Source: Caecitellus pseudoparvulus (lineage: Eukaryota; Protista; Bigyra: Bicosoecida). From it: a stretch of 64,000 bases of DNA. The notes beneath the pieces were generated by a model. The model searched no databases, was not told the DNA's origin, and worked only from the letters and a program-made list of their open reading frames with translations. Location: assembly GCA_965644315.1 (NCBI GenBank), contig CBFFRQ010000061.1, positions 62,001 to 126,000 of the forward strand. The letters run 5' to 3'. The position numbers and the translations under genes were made by a program. Below are positions 22,761-34,500 of the stretch, in pieces. Positions within the stretch are counted from its first letter, which is position 1. Every line of letters starts with the position of its first letter.

Positions 22761-25700
22761 ATGGCCGCTTCCAAGGTGCGTTGCCGCATGCTTAGAGCGT
22801 CATGTGGTGCCGTCTGTGGGGCAGGCGCTCTCCCATGCGCCACGGCAAGTTGCTGCGCGCCGCTTGCAAGGTGCATTGCAGCGAAACGCCGCTGCAGCCC
22901 GCGCCCAACCTATGTTGGTGCATGAGGACCCAGCCCACGAGCCGCTGTACATGCTACGTGGTGGATACATCACCATACATGTTCCGTGGCGTCTGGTGGC
23001 GTTTGCGGCGTGCCCAGGGCCCTGCCGGCTTTGCATACGTTCTCGGCGTCTGCGCCAAGCTGGTTTCCTGCACCCACTCACTTGCACACCGCTGGCCCCC
23101 GCAGGAGGAGCTGCTGTTGCTCAGTTGCTACAGCTCAAACACTGAAGCCGTCAAGCAGTGCCTGGAGGCAGGCGCGGACAGCAACGCGAGAGATGAGGAG
23201 GGCTTTTCGGCACTCCACGCGGCGTGTGCCACCGGCAACGCCGACATGGTGCAGCTCCTGTTGCGGCATGGGGCAGATGTGAACGCTATTGACGCGTATG
23301 GCGACACACCGCTGATGTTCGCTAGCGCCGGGGGGCACTTGGAGTGCGTGAAGGTGCTGCTGGACACGACGGGCGTGGACATCTGGCACCGCAGCAGGGA
23401 CAACTTGACAGCGGCGCAGGCAGCGGAGGCGAACGGGCAGCGCAAAGTGGTGCAATACTTTCACCAGCGCCACTTCATCGGAGGGCTTGACTTTTCCACC
23501 GGCGTGCGGCTGCGGGGGCGCCTGAGCTTGGTGGACTCTGGCTCTGGCTACAAGTGGGCCCACGACCGCGTGTTTGTGCTGTCAGACAAGCTGCAGTCCC
23601 TGTACTTCTGGGAGGGCGACACGGACGTGGTGCAGACGAGCATTCGCCGCATCCGACTGCCCCACATCACCCGCGTGGACCACCAGCCCGACCACCCCAA
23701 GCTCTGCGTGCTCTTCTCCATCACTGTGTTGACAGGGCGGCGCCTGCCGCTCATGGCTCCCACGAAGGAAGAGGCGGCTACGTGGGTGCAGGCCATCCGC
23801 CATGCGTGCCGCCAGTACATCGCCGTGTACAAGATCCAAGGCGCCTTCCGCATGGCTGCTGCCGTGCGGCGTGCTCGTGCTCGGACGGCGCTGATGGAGA
23901 GTGTGGAGGATAAAATCGACGACACGCTGAGCACGCCAGCGGTGACCACCATGTACCGCCCGTACAAGCGCTCCCGCGTCGGGCGCAGTGACCGCATTGC
24001 GTGGGCCAAGAAGCACTACGTTCTGACGCCCCACCTTCTCACGGAGTACAGCACCAAGCGTGATGCGGCAGCGGCGCTGGACCGCCTGCACGAGTTGGCA
24101 GGCATGGGGTCCTCAGCCCGCAAGAAGTTCGCCAACGACTCCTCAGCCAAGAAGAAAGTGGAGGAAGCCAACAAGAAGTGGCGGTTCTCGGTCTTGGCTG
24201 GCACAGCTGGAGCGGCGGCCTCCGGCGGCGGCGGCGGGCGTGGCGGCGGCGGGGGGCGTGGCGGCGTGAAGCCACCCCCCCTGCCTGAGGGGGAGGAGGC
24301 GCCCACGCCGCCCGTGAAGAAGCCAGGCGGCAAGGGTGCCGCCAAGGTGCTGGGAGACGACGTGCTGAGCCAGGACCCAGGCGATCCCGGCGCCATGGTG
24401 GGCAGCATGGACCGCCACACGGGCCTGGTGGTGTCTCGGCTCAGATCCACCTTTGACGGCAGCATCTACCCACGCACTGCCACGGCGCAGCTGCTGTGGG
24501 TGGAACGCCAGCGGCGTTACCTGGAGCTGCGCCTGTCCAATGGCAGCCGTATCGTGCTGCGCGCTAAGGACGACGAGGAGGCAGAGCGATTCCAGATCGA
24601 GCTCCAGGCACGCATCCCACGGCTGGCCGCTGCTGCCACGGAGATCGCACGCATCTGGCACGCTTACCGTGTGCGTGGGAAGATCTTTCCCGAGATCCGG
24701 CGCTGGGCGGCGCTGCAGGTGGCCAACCGGAAGTACGGTGCCGGGACGGACGTGGTGGAGGGCGCCGTGACCATGATCCAGCGCAACTGGCGCGCGATGA
24801 AGGACTGGCGCACGTCCAACCCGTTCGCCCGCATCGCCATGGCCGCCGCCATGACCCGCCGGGCAGAGCGCCGCGCCAAGGAGAAGCTTGAGGGGGCGGA
24901 GATGTCCAAGCGGCGGGCAGCGCGCGAAGCGGCCAAGGCGGCGCTGGGGGACGGCGACGTCAGTGAGGAGGAGCCTGAGGACGCTGCCACCAGCATGGGG
25001 CGCCTGATGAAGGCTGCTCGCAGGGCCAAGGGGCAGGAGCGGCGGGGGCGGCGGCGGCTGGTGAAGGCTGCGTGGCAGGATGACGGGTGGGACTCCAAGG
25101 GTGTGCGGGCGTGGATCACGGCGGCCATCTCCGCAGTCACATTCGACGCGGCGCCCTCCGCGACGACGGGCGGCACGTCGCAGGCGCCAGGCCCTGCTGC
25201 GGGTGGCACGGGCTCCACCGCATCCCCTGCTGCAAGCCCTGGAGGGGGCGGCGAGGAGGCCAAGCAGGGGGGGGATGGGCATGCGGCAGGGGGTGATGGG
25301 GCGACGGGGCCGGCACAACCTGGTGCAGCCGACGCAGTGAGGGCGACGAAAGGCGCCCCCACGGCAGCCAAGGGACTGCACCTGACATATGAGCAGATGC
25401 GGCACATCATGACGCTGGACCTCATGCGGCGCATCGTGGAGCTGGAGGCGGAAGATGACTTCCGGCGAGCCAAGGCGCGGTGGCGGCGGCGGCAGCGGCG
25501 GCGGCGGCGCGAGGCCAAAGGACAGGCGCCGGGGGGCGAGGCCAAGGCTGGGGAGAAGGAGGTGGTGGACAGCGAGTGGGAGGACCGCAGCCCCGCCGAG
25601 CTGTCTGCCAGCTCGTACGAGGCGGAGACGACGCGGCGCCAGAAGTACAAGGTGAAGGGGCCCAACGGGCGCATCATCGACGTGGCTGATGTGGACGAGT

Positions 25701-27772
25701 TCCATTTCGACGGCATGACCAGCTTCACCCGCACGTCCGAGCGGCGGCTGGCGCGGCGCCTGATGGGGCTGTGCCTGGGCCCGGGCAAGGGCGACCAGGA
25801 CCTGGACACCTTCGACAAGGACATGCAACCCATCGACCAGATCATGCTGCAGCCTGTGCCGAAGGACCTGCCCAAGCGCCTGGAGTCCGTGCAGCCGGAA
25901 GACCTGCTGGGGCGGTGGGCGGACGCTGTCATCACCATGCGGGGTGGGCGGGTGGAGGAAGTGACCATGGACGACCTGGGTGTCACCGGGGGCGGCAAGC
26001 CCCGCTGGCGGTACGTGCAGGTGGAGGGGGGTGACGAGGAGGACGACGGGGGGTACTCCGCCGAGCAAGGCGGAGACACCCTCAGCAAGCTGCGTGCTCT
26101 CGGTCGCAAGACGGGTGACCTGCACAAGAAGTTCCAGTCACGCCTGTCCATTTTTGCCCGCAGTGGAGGCGATCTGGGCCCACCGGGCTCCATGGACACC
26201 GCCGCCGCCCGTCGCAAGTCGGCGCTGGGGCAGGGCCTCATGGGGCGCCGCACCAGCATCTCAGCGGCGGCGGAGGTGGGCCTGCTTGCTGCCGCAGGGC
26301 AAATGGCCTTCGCGTCGGGGGGGGGCGACAAGCGCAGCCTGTCCAAGGGCAGCTCTGGCTCCCGGGGCCGTGCCAGCATCATGGGCGCAGCAGGCGGCCT
26401 TGGCAAGGCCGCTGGCCGGCACGACTCCTTCGCCCCCACCTCCAACGGCCAGGGTGGAGGCGGTGACAGGCGCACTCGGCGCAGCCAAAAGCGCACTCTG
26501 TCTGCCCTCACAGGCGCCCGAAGCGGGGGTGTCGGGCGAGGCGGTGGCCGGGGTGGCCGGGGTGGTGGCCGTGGAGGGAAGCGTCTGTCCATCATGGACA
26601 AGTGGAAGGGGCGGGGGTCTGGGGGTGGAGCGGGGCTGGCGCTTGGCGGGCGGGGCACCGGCGCCCGTGCTGCCCAGCTAGCAGCGGCAGAGCAAGGCAG
26701 TGACTCCTCCGGCTCCAGCTCCAGCAGCAGTGGCTCCAGTAGTGGCGAGGAGCAGGCTGAGGGGCGGGACGGCGTGCGGCGGCCTTCGTACACGGGGCAT
26801 TTCCACTCTTCTTCCTCCTCTGGCACTGAGTCGTCTGATACAGAGGACTCGTCGTCTGGGGAGAGCAGTGGTCCCGAGGAGGGCGCTGGGGGTCGCCGCC
26901 CGACCCTGCCTGTGCTGGACGAGTCAGTGCCGTACGAGGGCGAGTCAAGCAGTGGTGACTCCTCCAGTGGCGAGGAAGAGGGCACTGATGCCTTGGGCAA
27001 GGAGCCTTGGTCACGGGCTGCTCCAGGGCCCAGTGGCAGCACGGGAGGTGCCGGGCCAGGCGGCCTGTCCCCTCCTGACGCTTCCTCCTCCTCAGACAGC
27101 AGTGACAGCGAGGACGAGGCAGAGACGGGGACACCTGCCGCCCCTGCCAAGCGGGGCAGTCCGGTGTACCAGAGCATGCCCCTGAAGGGCATTGCTGAAG
27201 GGCACGAGCCCGGCAGTGCGAGTGACTCGTCGTCGTCTGATGAGGAGGAGGCTGGCCCGCCAGGTGCGGGGGGTGGTGCCCGCCAGCCGCCCAGTGAAAC
27301 GCAGCAGCACAGCAGCATGCAAAACGCGTCATGGGCGCAGGACAGTGACTCCTCTGGTGAAAGTAGTGATGAGGAGGAGTCAGCTGCCATGGTGGCTGCC
27401 GTCAGCGAGAGCGTGCCCCACGAGGCTGCAGCCACACAGGCGAGTCAGTCAGTCCCAGCACCCTACGTGGGGGAGGAGTCCGGTGACTCCTCGGGGGACT
27501 CCAGCAGTGACGAAGAAGGGGATGCGGGAGGTGCAAGCCAGCCAGCGTGGAAGGCTGCGGCTGTGGGCAGCGTTCAGCCCCCAGCCGCTGGCACCGCCCT
27601 GGTGCTGGATGAGTCTTCAGACAGCAGTTCATCCGACGAGGAGGCTGCGGCAGCCCCCCCTCGGCCCATGAACCTTGCTTTTCAAAAGCGGGCGCCAGTC
27701 CCTGCAGGGCCAGCTGCGGGGGCTCTGGGGCCGGACTCCTCCTCAGGAGAGGATTCCTCGGACGAGGAGTGA
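22761..27772 (+). CDS. Large Ankyrin + PH + IQ + split-PH + IQ protein with acidic Ser-rich tail
   Basis: Ankyrin repeats (GFSALHAACATGNADMVQLLLRHGADVN, GDTPLMFASAGGHLECVKVLL). PH domain (KWAHDRVFVL...LMAPTKEEAATWVQAI). IQ-like motifs IQGAFR, IARIWHAYRVR and IQRNWR. Likely start MAASK followed by an intron 22776-23104. Confidence 0.8.
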
Positions 27773-27967
27773 CTCAGCAATGCAGCGTGGATTCTTGAGC
27801 GCTTTGTGCAGTGGACTTCAGACACCAAAACTTGAGCCCTACTCAAGGTAAATGCAGCCTCTACGGCATGTAGAGCTGTAGATCTGATCGTGCGCGCACG
27901 CCCTTCGCCCGGCTCGACCCGCTTCCTGATTCCTGGGAAACGAGGAGCACTGAGCCACGCGCAAGCC

Positions 27968-28686
27968 ATGGACACGACCGTCCCCAGTGGGTATGCTGAG
28001 ATGGGCGCCTCGTCCAAGGGAAGCTGGGCTAGCAGGAGCCTGGAACGCCTGTGTTACGTGGCGCTGTTCTTGAGCTTGGTCAGCAGCATTCACATCGGTG
28101 CGGCCGGCGTTTCAGCGCACATGAAACGCCACTTGAATTCGCGTGGCACACTCCGCCCCACCTGCTCACAGGGGCGTCTGGGTACAATGTCCCAATCGCC
28201 GTCTTTGGTCTCCTTGCTGAGGCCTCGCGTCGAGGGCGGCATGTCTTTGCTCTCCTCTTTGTCATCCCCGTGTCGTGGGTGCTGGACATTCTGCGCTTGA
28301 TGCAGTTCAACTTCCACTCGTGGGTGACCATTGGCGTCATCTCAGCCGTCGCCCTGTGCATGGTCGCCTTGGTCAAGCTGGTCATGATGCTGGCCCTCTA
28401 CCAATTGTTCTCTGAGATGGGCGGGACGTGGAGCCTGACCAACTCCAGTGCGTACCGCGCATCTCCGCTCAAGCACACAGCGCCGCTTAACTGCACGCGA
28501 CGCGCCTTTTGCACAGGCTTGCCGCTGGATCGCAGGCACAGTTTCAGCACTGACGAGGTCGTGGTCGGCGTCGTGTCCGTGCCTCATCGCGGGCACACGG
28601 CTCGTTTGGACGGACAGCACCCTGGCGTTGCGGGTCCCCGGCCTGAATCGCGGGGCAGTGAAGCGGGTGGGTTCGGAGCCATGTGA
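27968..28686 (+). CDS. Small multi-TM protein, AGTRAP-like
   Basis: Spliced MDTTVP...LCYVALFLSLVSSIHI|GASGYNVPIAVFGLLA...SWVLDIL...LVKLVMMLALYQLFSEMGG. The YN...D...K...Y...GG spacing resembles the AGTRAP family. Two short introns. Confidence 0.5.
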
Positions 28687-29431
28687 ATCTTGGCTGCAGA
28701 GCGCCTTTCTGCTCCCTAGGGTCTGCCAGTGGCGGTGCACCTGAACCGAGCTCTCTGCCGTGTGCTTGGGCTGCAGCGCTTCAAGCCCGAGTGATCAGCG
28801 CTCCGCCCTTCAAACGGGTTGCAATCGTACGTTATGTCGTGCACAAGGGGGAAGATGGAAATGTTTACCGTTCCAGTGGGTTCCCTGAGTGCTGTGCTGG
28901 TCTGGAGATTAGACATAGATCATCACCCAGACTCTTGAGCAGTCTGTGAACACTCGACAGAAGCAGAAAAACACAAGAAAGCAGGTACCCAATGCAATTG
29001 AATCATTATTGAAGTGCTGTTTCGCACTGACAGACTCCCCATTCGCCCACCCTGTGAATGTGAAGCGTTGCACGGGTTTGCAGCTGATCTTGACCTTCCG
29101 TAACTGCAGGACTCCAGCTCTGAGAAGCCTGAGTGGCTGACTTGAGAGCTCAGCAGGCTCCATGGATTCAAAGAAAGACAAGGCTAACAGGGAGGCTGTT
29201 GAGCGCCTAAAAGCTGGCATTCCACGGTACAATCCTCGCAAGTGCGTCTGCGAAACGCGGATGAAACGCGCATTCATGGACTGCACCTACGCCCGACTCT
29301 CTGCGCACCGCGGCACAGGGCCGCGAGCCTTCTGCCCTCCACATACACGGCATCAAGTAAGCTTGTGCAGTGCTGCGCTTGCAGGGCAGAGTGGAACTGC
29401 TTTTTCGCTTTGCCTCCTCGTAGCGCCACGA

Positions 29432-31027
29432 ATGGCCGAGCAGGGAGACGGGTTGGATGACGAGCGCCGCATGTTTGCCGAGGTAAGTCACGGCCCGCAC
29501 GGTGTCAGCAGCGCTCCGCATTTGAATCCACGCGTGTGACATGCTGCACGTTCGCAGTTGGGCGGGGTGAAGGGCTTGTCTCGAGCCTCTGGTGCTGAGC
29601 GAGCCATGCGAGGTGTGGCCACGAAGCCAACTTCCAAGCCGCCCAGCACCGGTACCAGCGCAGAGGGCGGCGCAGGGGAGCTGCTCACTGCCATGGCAGG
29701 GCGCCTGCGCACCCTGGAAGCCGCACAGCGGTCCATGCGGGATGCACTTGTGGCCAAGGACCAGCAGCTCATCCGCATGCGGCGCCAGCTGCGAGCGGCA
29801 ACGGCTGCCCTTGCAGATGCAGGGGGGGACAAGCAAGGAGCCGAGGCGCATGCGGCGCTGGAGGCAGAGAACTGCCGGCTGAAGTCGCAGCTGGCTGAGA
29901 TGGAGACGTTTCTGAACGACTATGGCTTGGTGTGGGTGGGCTCGTCAGCCACGGGCGGCGAAGCGACTCCCACAGCTGCAGGGCAGGGAGCGTCCACCGG
30001 CATCCAGCCAGGCGGGGCTGACAACGCAGCTGTCGTGGGCCGCGTGAGGGAGCTGAATGAGTTGGCAGGGGGCGCGGGCAAGCGGGTCGTGAAGCGTGGC
30101 GGTGCGGCGCGCTTTGAGGAAGCGGAAAAAGTGAAGCTGACGCTGTTCGCAAACGGTTTCATGCTGCGCCGGGGGCCATTCCGGCTGTATGACACGGACG
30201 AGGCACAGGCGTTTTTCAAGGACGTCTTGGACGGGTACTTCCCCTTCGAGATGCGGGAGCACCACCCCAACGGCGTCGTGTTTGACCTGGTGAACAAGCC
30301 TGGTGAGCAGCACACAGCGGGGGCCGGCGGTGAAAGTGACGCGCGGGGAGACATGCCAGGCAAAGGGCGGCGCCTGCAGGACGGCCCAACCGCTGCCGGG
30401 CTTGCCGCACACGGCGGCACACACATCGCAGTGGATGCCCCTGGCCAGGGTGGCAGGTTTGCAGCCAGTACGCCGGGGGTGACGGCAGGCGGGGGGGGAG
30501 GGGGCGGAGACACCATGTCAGCTGACGCGCTGGTGAAGGCGCTGCCCCCCTCCGTTGTGCGGAATGGGAAGGTGATCGCTGTGCGGGATGGCGTGGCGGC
30601 AATGCTGCGCGGGGCGCTGGCCTCCGACCGACCTGACATCGTGCTGGTGCAGACCCCCGTGGCACGTGAGCTGGCGTCAGGGCACGGTTCGCGGCCAGAG
30701 CTGGGCGGAACGGGGGGGCTGGATGGTAGCGGTGAGCTGGCACCGTCCATTGCGCCAGCCGACGTGACGACACTGCAGGTGAAGAGTGACAGTGGGCGCC
30801 AGACGCTGCTGCTGAAGTTTCACTTCCACGACACAGTGGGCGATGTGTACGACTACGTGGACCTGCACCGCACAAAGGACAGTGCCTACGTCCTGCGCAC
30901 GGCCTTCCCGCCGGCTGCGCTCACAGACCGCTCTGTGACGTTGGAAGAGGCTGGTCTGGTGCCAAACGCTGTGCTGCGCATTGCACCTCACGCTTCGCAG
31001 GAAGGCGCCAGCGACAGCAAGAAGTAG
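29432..31027 (+). CDS. UBXN11: UBX domain protein 11-like (coiled coil + SEP + UBX), p97 cofactor
   Basis: EMETFLNDYGLVWVG, LTLFANGFMLRRGPFRLY...DVLDGYFPFE (SEP), LPPSVVRNGKVI and LRTAFPP...TLEEAGLVPNA (UBX). Intron at about 29483-29558. Confidence 0.88.
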
Positions 31028-31582
31028 TGCGAGAGGTTCGAGAGCTGTGTGTTTCGTGGTGTTGGTGCGGTTGGCTACGCCGCAGTCCGGCTTGGCGTGA
31101 GGCCAGTGTTGCTTGGGAGCGCGAGCCGACACCAGTGGATTGGAGCCAGTGCCTGCGCAAGGCGGGGTGTAGGCTGGCATGCACGCCGCGCCTGCAGCTG
31201 GCAGGCGCTTCCAGAGCAATCGTGCACGCACCCTCTACCTGCAATGCATACAAATTTCGCCAGACTCATCGTGAACTTGAGTGCGCTGAACCAGGGGCGC
31301 TGCAATCGCGAGCTTCCCTGCGACGCCTTGCGTCACGCTGTGCACCTCAACACCCCGACGTGGAGGACGGCAGGTGTCCATGTTGAGCGCAGGGCAGCCC
31401 GCCAGAGCTTCAGCCGTGCACCATTCTCTACCCGTTTGCAGTCTGCAGGCTTGCAACCTCCAAAGCTGTGTCCTCGACCAAGAGGGCAGCGCCGGCTGGA
31501 AGCGTTTCACACCCATTGCAGCTCGGGCTGAAACGCCGCAGGCGACTCAGCTCCGGCCCAGTGCACTGAACGACGACCAGCC

Positions 31583-34500
31583 ATGGCAAGTCGGCGACGA
31601 AGTTCAATCTTTGATCCCTCCACCCCCCGCATGCGTGTGTCAGCCAGCCCCTCCCGGCGTCGAGCCACCTCTCGACAGAGCATCAGCGTCGCGCTGGGCG
31701 CCTTCGCGGCTGCAGGCGCCAAGCCGCTGGCCTCGGGCCCCTCCTTGCCAGCTGCAGGCTCAACTGGCAGTCATCGCAATCGGCCACTGCATGGCAGCTC
31801 CGGCCCCTCCTCCTCCCCCGCGCATGGCCGAAGTGGCCCCGCGCTCACGTCAACCCCCAGCATGCGGCCCAAGGTGGGTTTGCCAGGCCAAGCAGACCGC
31901 GTGCTGAAGCGCGCTCGCTGCGGCAGTGTCGTGCCACAGACCTTTACAGCTCGCCTGGCAGAGGCCCAGGCTAAGCCCGCAGCCGCCTACACAGCCCCAC
32001 GGGCGACAGCTGAGCGCATCGGCAAGCGGCTGAGTCACGTCATGCGCCTGGCCAGCGCCAGCATCTATCGCAAGGCGTCCCTTACAGACGCCGATGCCGA
32101 AGAACGTGGCCTGGCCGATGCCCAGACGTCCTTCACACTGAAAGCACTCGGGCCGGGTCAACTGCGATGGCTGGTGCAGGAGATCGTGCTGAATGACGAG
32201 ATCGGCGTCATGACGCTGCTGGGCGAAACGCAGTGCCTGGTGGAACGCCTTTTCGGTGCCGTCGGACAGGGCCTCCTACCGGTGGACGAGCAGTGTGATC
32301 GCTTCGACTTTGGGCTGGAGCTGGCCGCTGCCGGCGGCTGGACGGGGGTGCTGCGCTCTGTGGACGACCCGGCACACTCCCAGTGGTGGTTCACGTGGCA
32401 GAACAACATGCGCAACGCAGCGCTCATTGCTGCCGAAGCGGCAGAGGAAGCTGGCCCTGCCCCATCCAAAGCCCAGGATGCACTGAGCACCCTGTCTGGT
32501 GCCACTGGCAGCAGCGACGGCAGTGCCGGCAGCTCTTCGCCGCAACTGCGCGGCAAGAGTGTGGGACGCATGCCCAAGTCCCTCGCTCGGTTCGACTCGT
32601 CGCGCTCCATTCTGAGCTCTGACGGGAAGGACGGAGGTGCCGCGCCCTCCGACCAGCCTGCCCCTCTGGCAAAGCTCCTCCCAGGCAAAGTGTACTCACT
32701 GGTGCCTGCCTGGCAAGAGTACACAACAGAGCATGGAGCCAACGCGCTGTCCTCGCCAGGACTGCTCTTCACCACCTTCACCGCGTACTTTGCGCCTGAC
32801 CTGGCAGAGGCTCTCTTCCCGGCCCGGCCGGGCACTGTTGCCGCCTGCGCCTGCAACCGAACTTGCCCGGCAGCAGCCCTCGCGTGGCTGCTGGGAGGCT
32901 GCCACGTGGACGGCTGGGCGTCGCCTGCACTGTCTCCGTTCCACTGTGTCGTGTCGCTGTGGCGAGGCGCCTGTGCCTGCTGTGCCCCCTCGCGCTGCAA
33001 CGTCTCCTGCGGCAACCCCGCCCTGGCCCTGCGCCCTCGGTACTCCCGACCGGGGGAGGGGGGTGGCGAAGCAGCCCGCATTGCACTGCTGCAGGCCGCG
33101 GTGGCAGCCAAGCTCCCGGCGACGCCGAGTGCTTCCTTCTTGGCCACCCACAATGGCCTCAATGCGCCCCACTCCGAGGCGGGCGATCAGGACAAGGATG
33201 AGAAGCAGGACGCAGGTGGGCTGTCTACCCTCGCCGAGGTGGCGGAGGAAGGTGACGCAGACGACACGGCAGCCTTGCCCCTGGGGCCATTGCCCACAGA
33301 CGCGCCAGCTGTGCAGCTGCAGCCGCCACCCGGCGCCACTCTTGCGCGTTGGGCGGGTCTGTGGTGCTTCCTCATGTTCACCATCGCCACCCTTGCGTTC
33401 GCGCTGACACAGTACCCGGCCCAGCTTGACGCGATCCCAGCCGATGTGTACCTCACCCGCACCGACCGGAGAGCGCAGGCAGCCAACCAAACAACTCCAG
33501 ATGCCCAGCTCGGGCCTGGGGCTGACCTGCAGCAGCCGCACTCCCCCCTGCAGGCCTACCTCACCTCCCTCACAGGCATCGCGACTCTCATCCGCTCCTG
33601 CATCGTCATGTTCGGCGTCGTGCTGAGCCTGGACGCACCCATGGTGCTGGTGTCCTCTGCGTACTCCCACCCTCGGCTCCCACTGCGCCTCGCCTGCTTC
33701 GGCCACATCACCAAGGCACTCCTGGCGACAGCGCTTGTCGTGGTGCTGCCGTGGCTGGCCCTCACTAATGATGCAGTGGGAGATGCCTTGCCCGATGCTA
33801 TGGGCGGGCTCATCCTTATCCTGCCCTTTGTCCTGCCAGGCGTGGGGCAGGCGCTGCGCACGGTGCTGTATGCGCTGTCTCCATGGTGCAGCGTGGCAGG
33901 CGTCGGCTCACCCAGCTGCTGGCGCCAGGGCCGCCTGTGCCTGTCTGGGCAAGGGGCCATGCACTCAGGGCTGTTCTGCCACAGCAGCCCGTGCCTCTGC
34001 TGCGCCTGTGGTTGCTTCCCAGGTGGGGATGAGGACACCGCCGCCTGCTGCTGTGGGCCCTGTTTGGGGTGTGCGCAGGGCAACACCTCCTCTGCTAGGC
34101 GCGTGCGTGTGCAGTCTTTCTCTGCAAAAAAGTCAGGCCAGCGCGTTAACAAGGCAGAGGCCCTGCGGAGCAGCAGGCCGCGCACATCGTTGAAGGGAGC
34201 CCGCACGCAAGTTGGTTCTGCCTCCGCTGTCACGTGGGCCTTGGATGCCCACCTAGTGACGCCCTCCCCGACCCAAGGCGTGGAAATGGCGCCTTGTTCC
34301 CGCAAATCACGCAGCAGCCAGATGTCGGATGTGCCCATGCGCCGAGATGGGCAGGGGCCTGACCGCGCCGCCAGTCGCGCGAGTCGAGCTGTGGCGAACC
34401 CGCTGCACGCCGCAAGGGGGGGTGCGCCTGGCCTCCGAGGGGGGCTCAAAGGGGGTGGCCGCAGCAGCAGTCCTCGCCGGCGCCGCAGCTCAGTCAGCGA

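Noticed and set aside
22776-23104. Long first intron with a small hairpin (~22949-22982)
   Set aside because: No clear C/D or H/ACA boxes, and the hairpin is weak for this GC content.
24222-24266. (GGC)n and other short tandem repeats as a CRISPR-like or satellite array
   Set aside because: These encode Gly/Arg low-complexity protein and have no repeat-spacer structure.
24143-27435. Long antisense ORFs (660 and 923 aa), and similar ones opposite DKC1, DDX21 and the M8 genes
   Set aside because: Shadow ORFs expected from high GC and codon bias. They carry no motifs, and the opposite strand holds the recognisable protein.
28690-29430. AT-richer region with short ORFs (possible transposon relic)
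   Set aside because: No terminal repeats, target-site duplication or transposase motifs seen.
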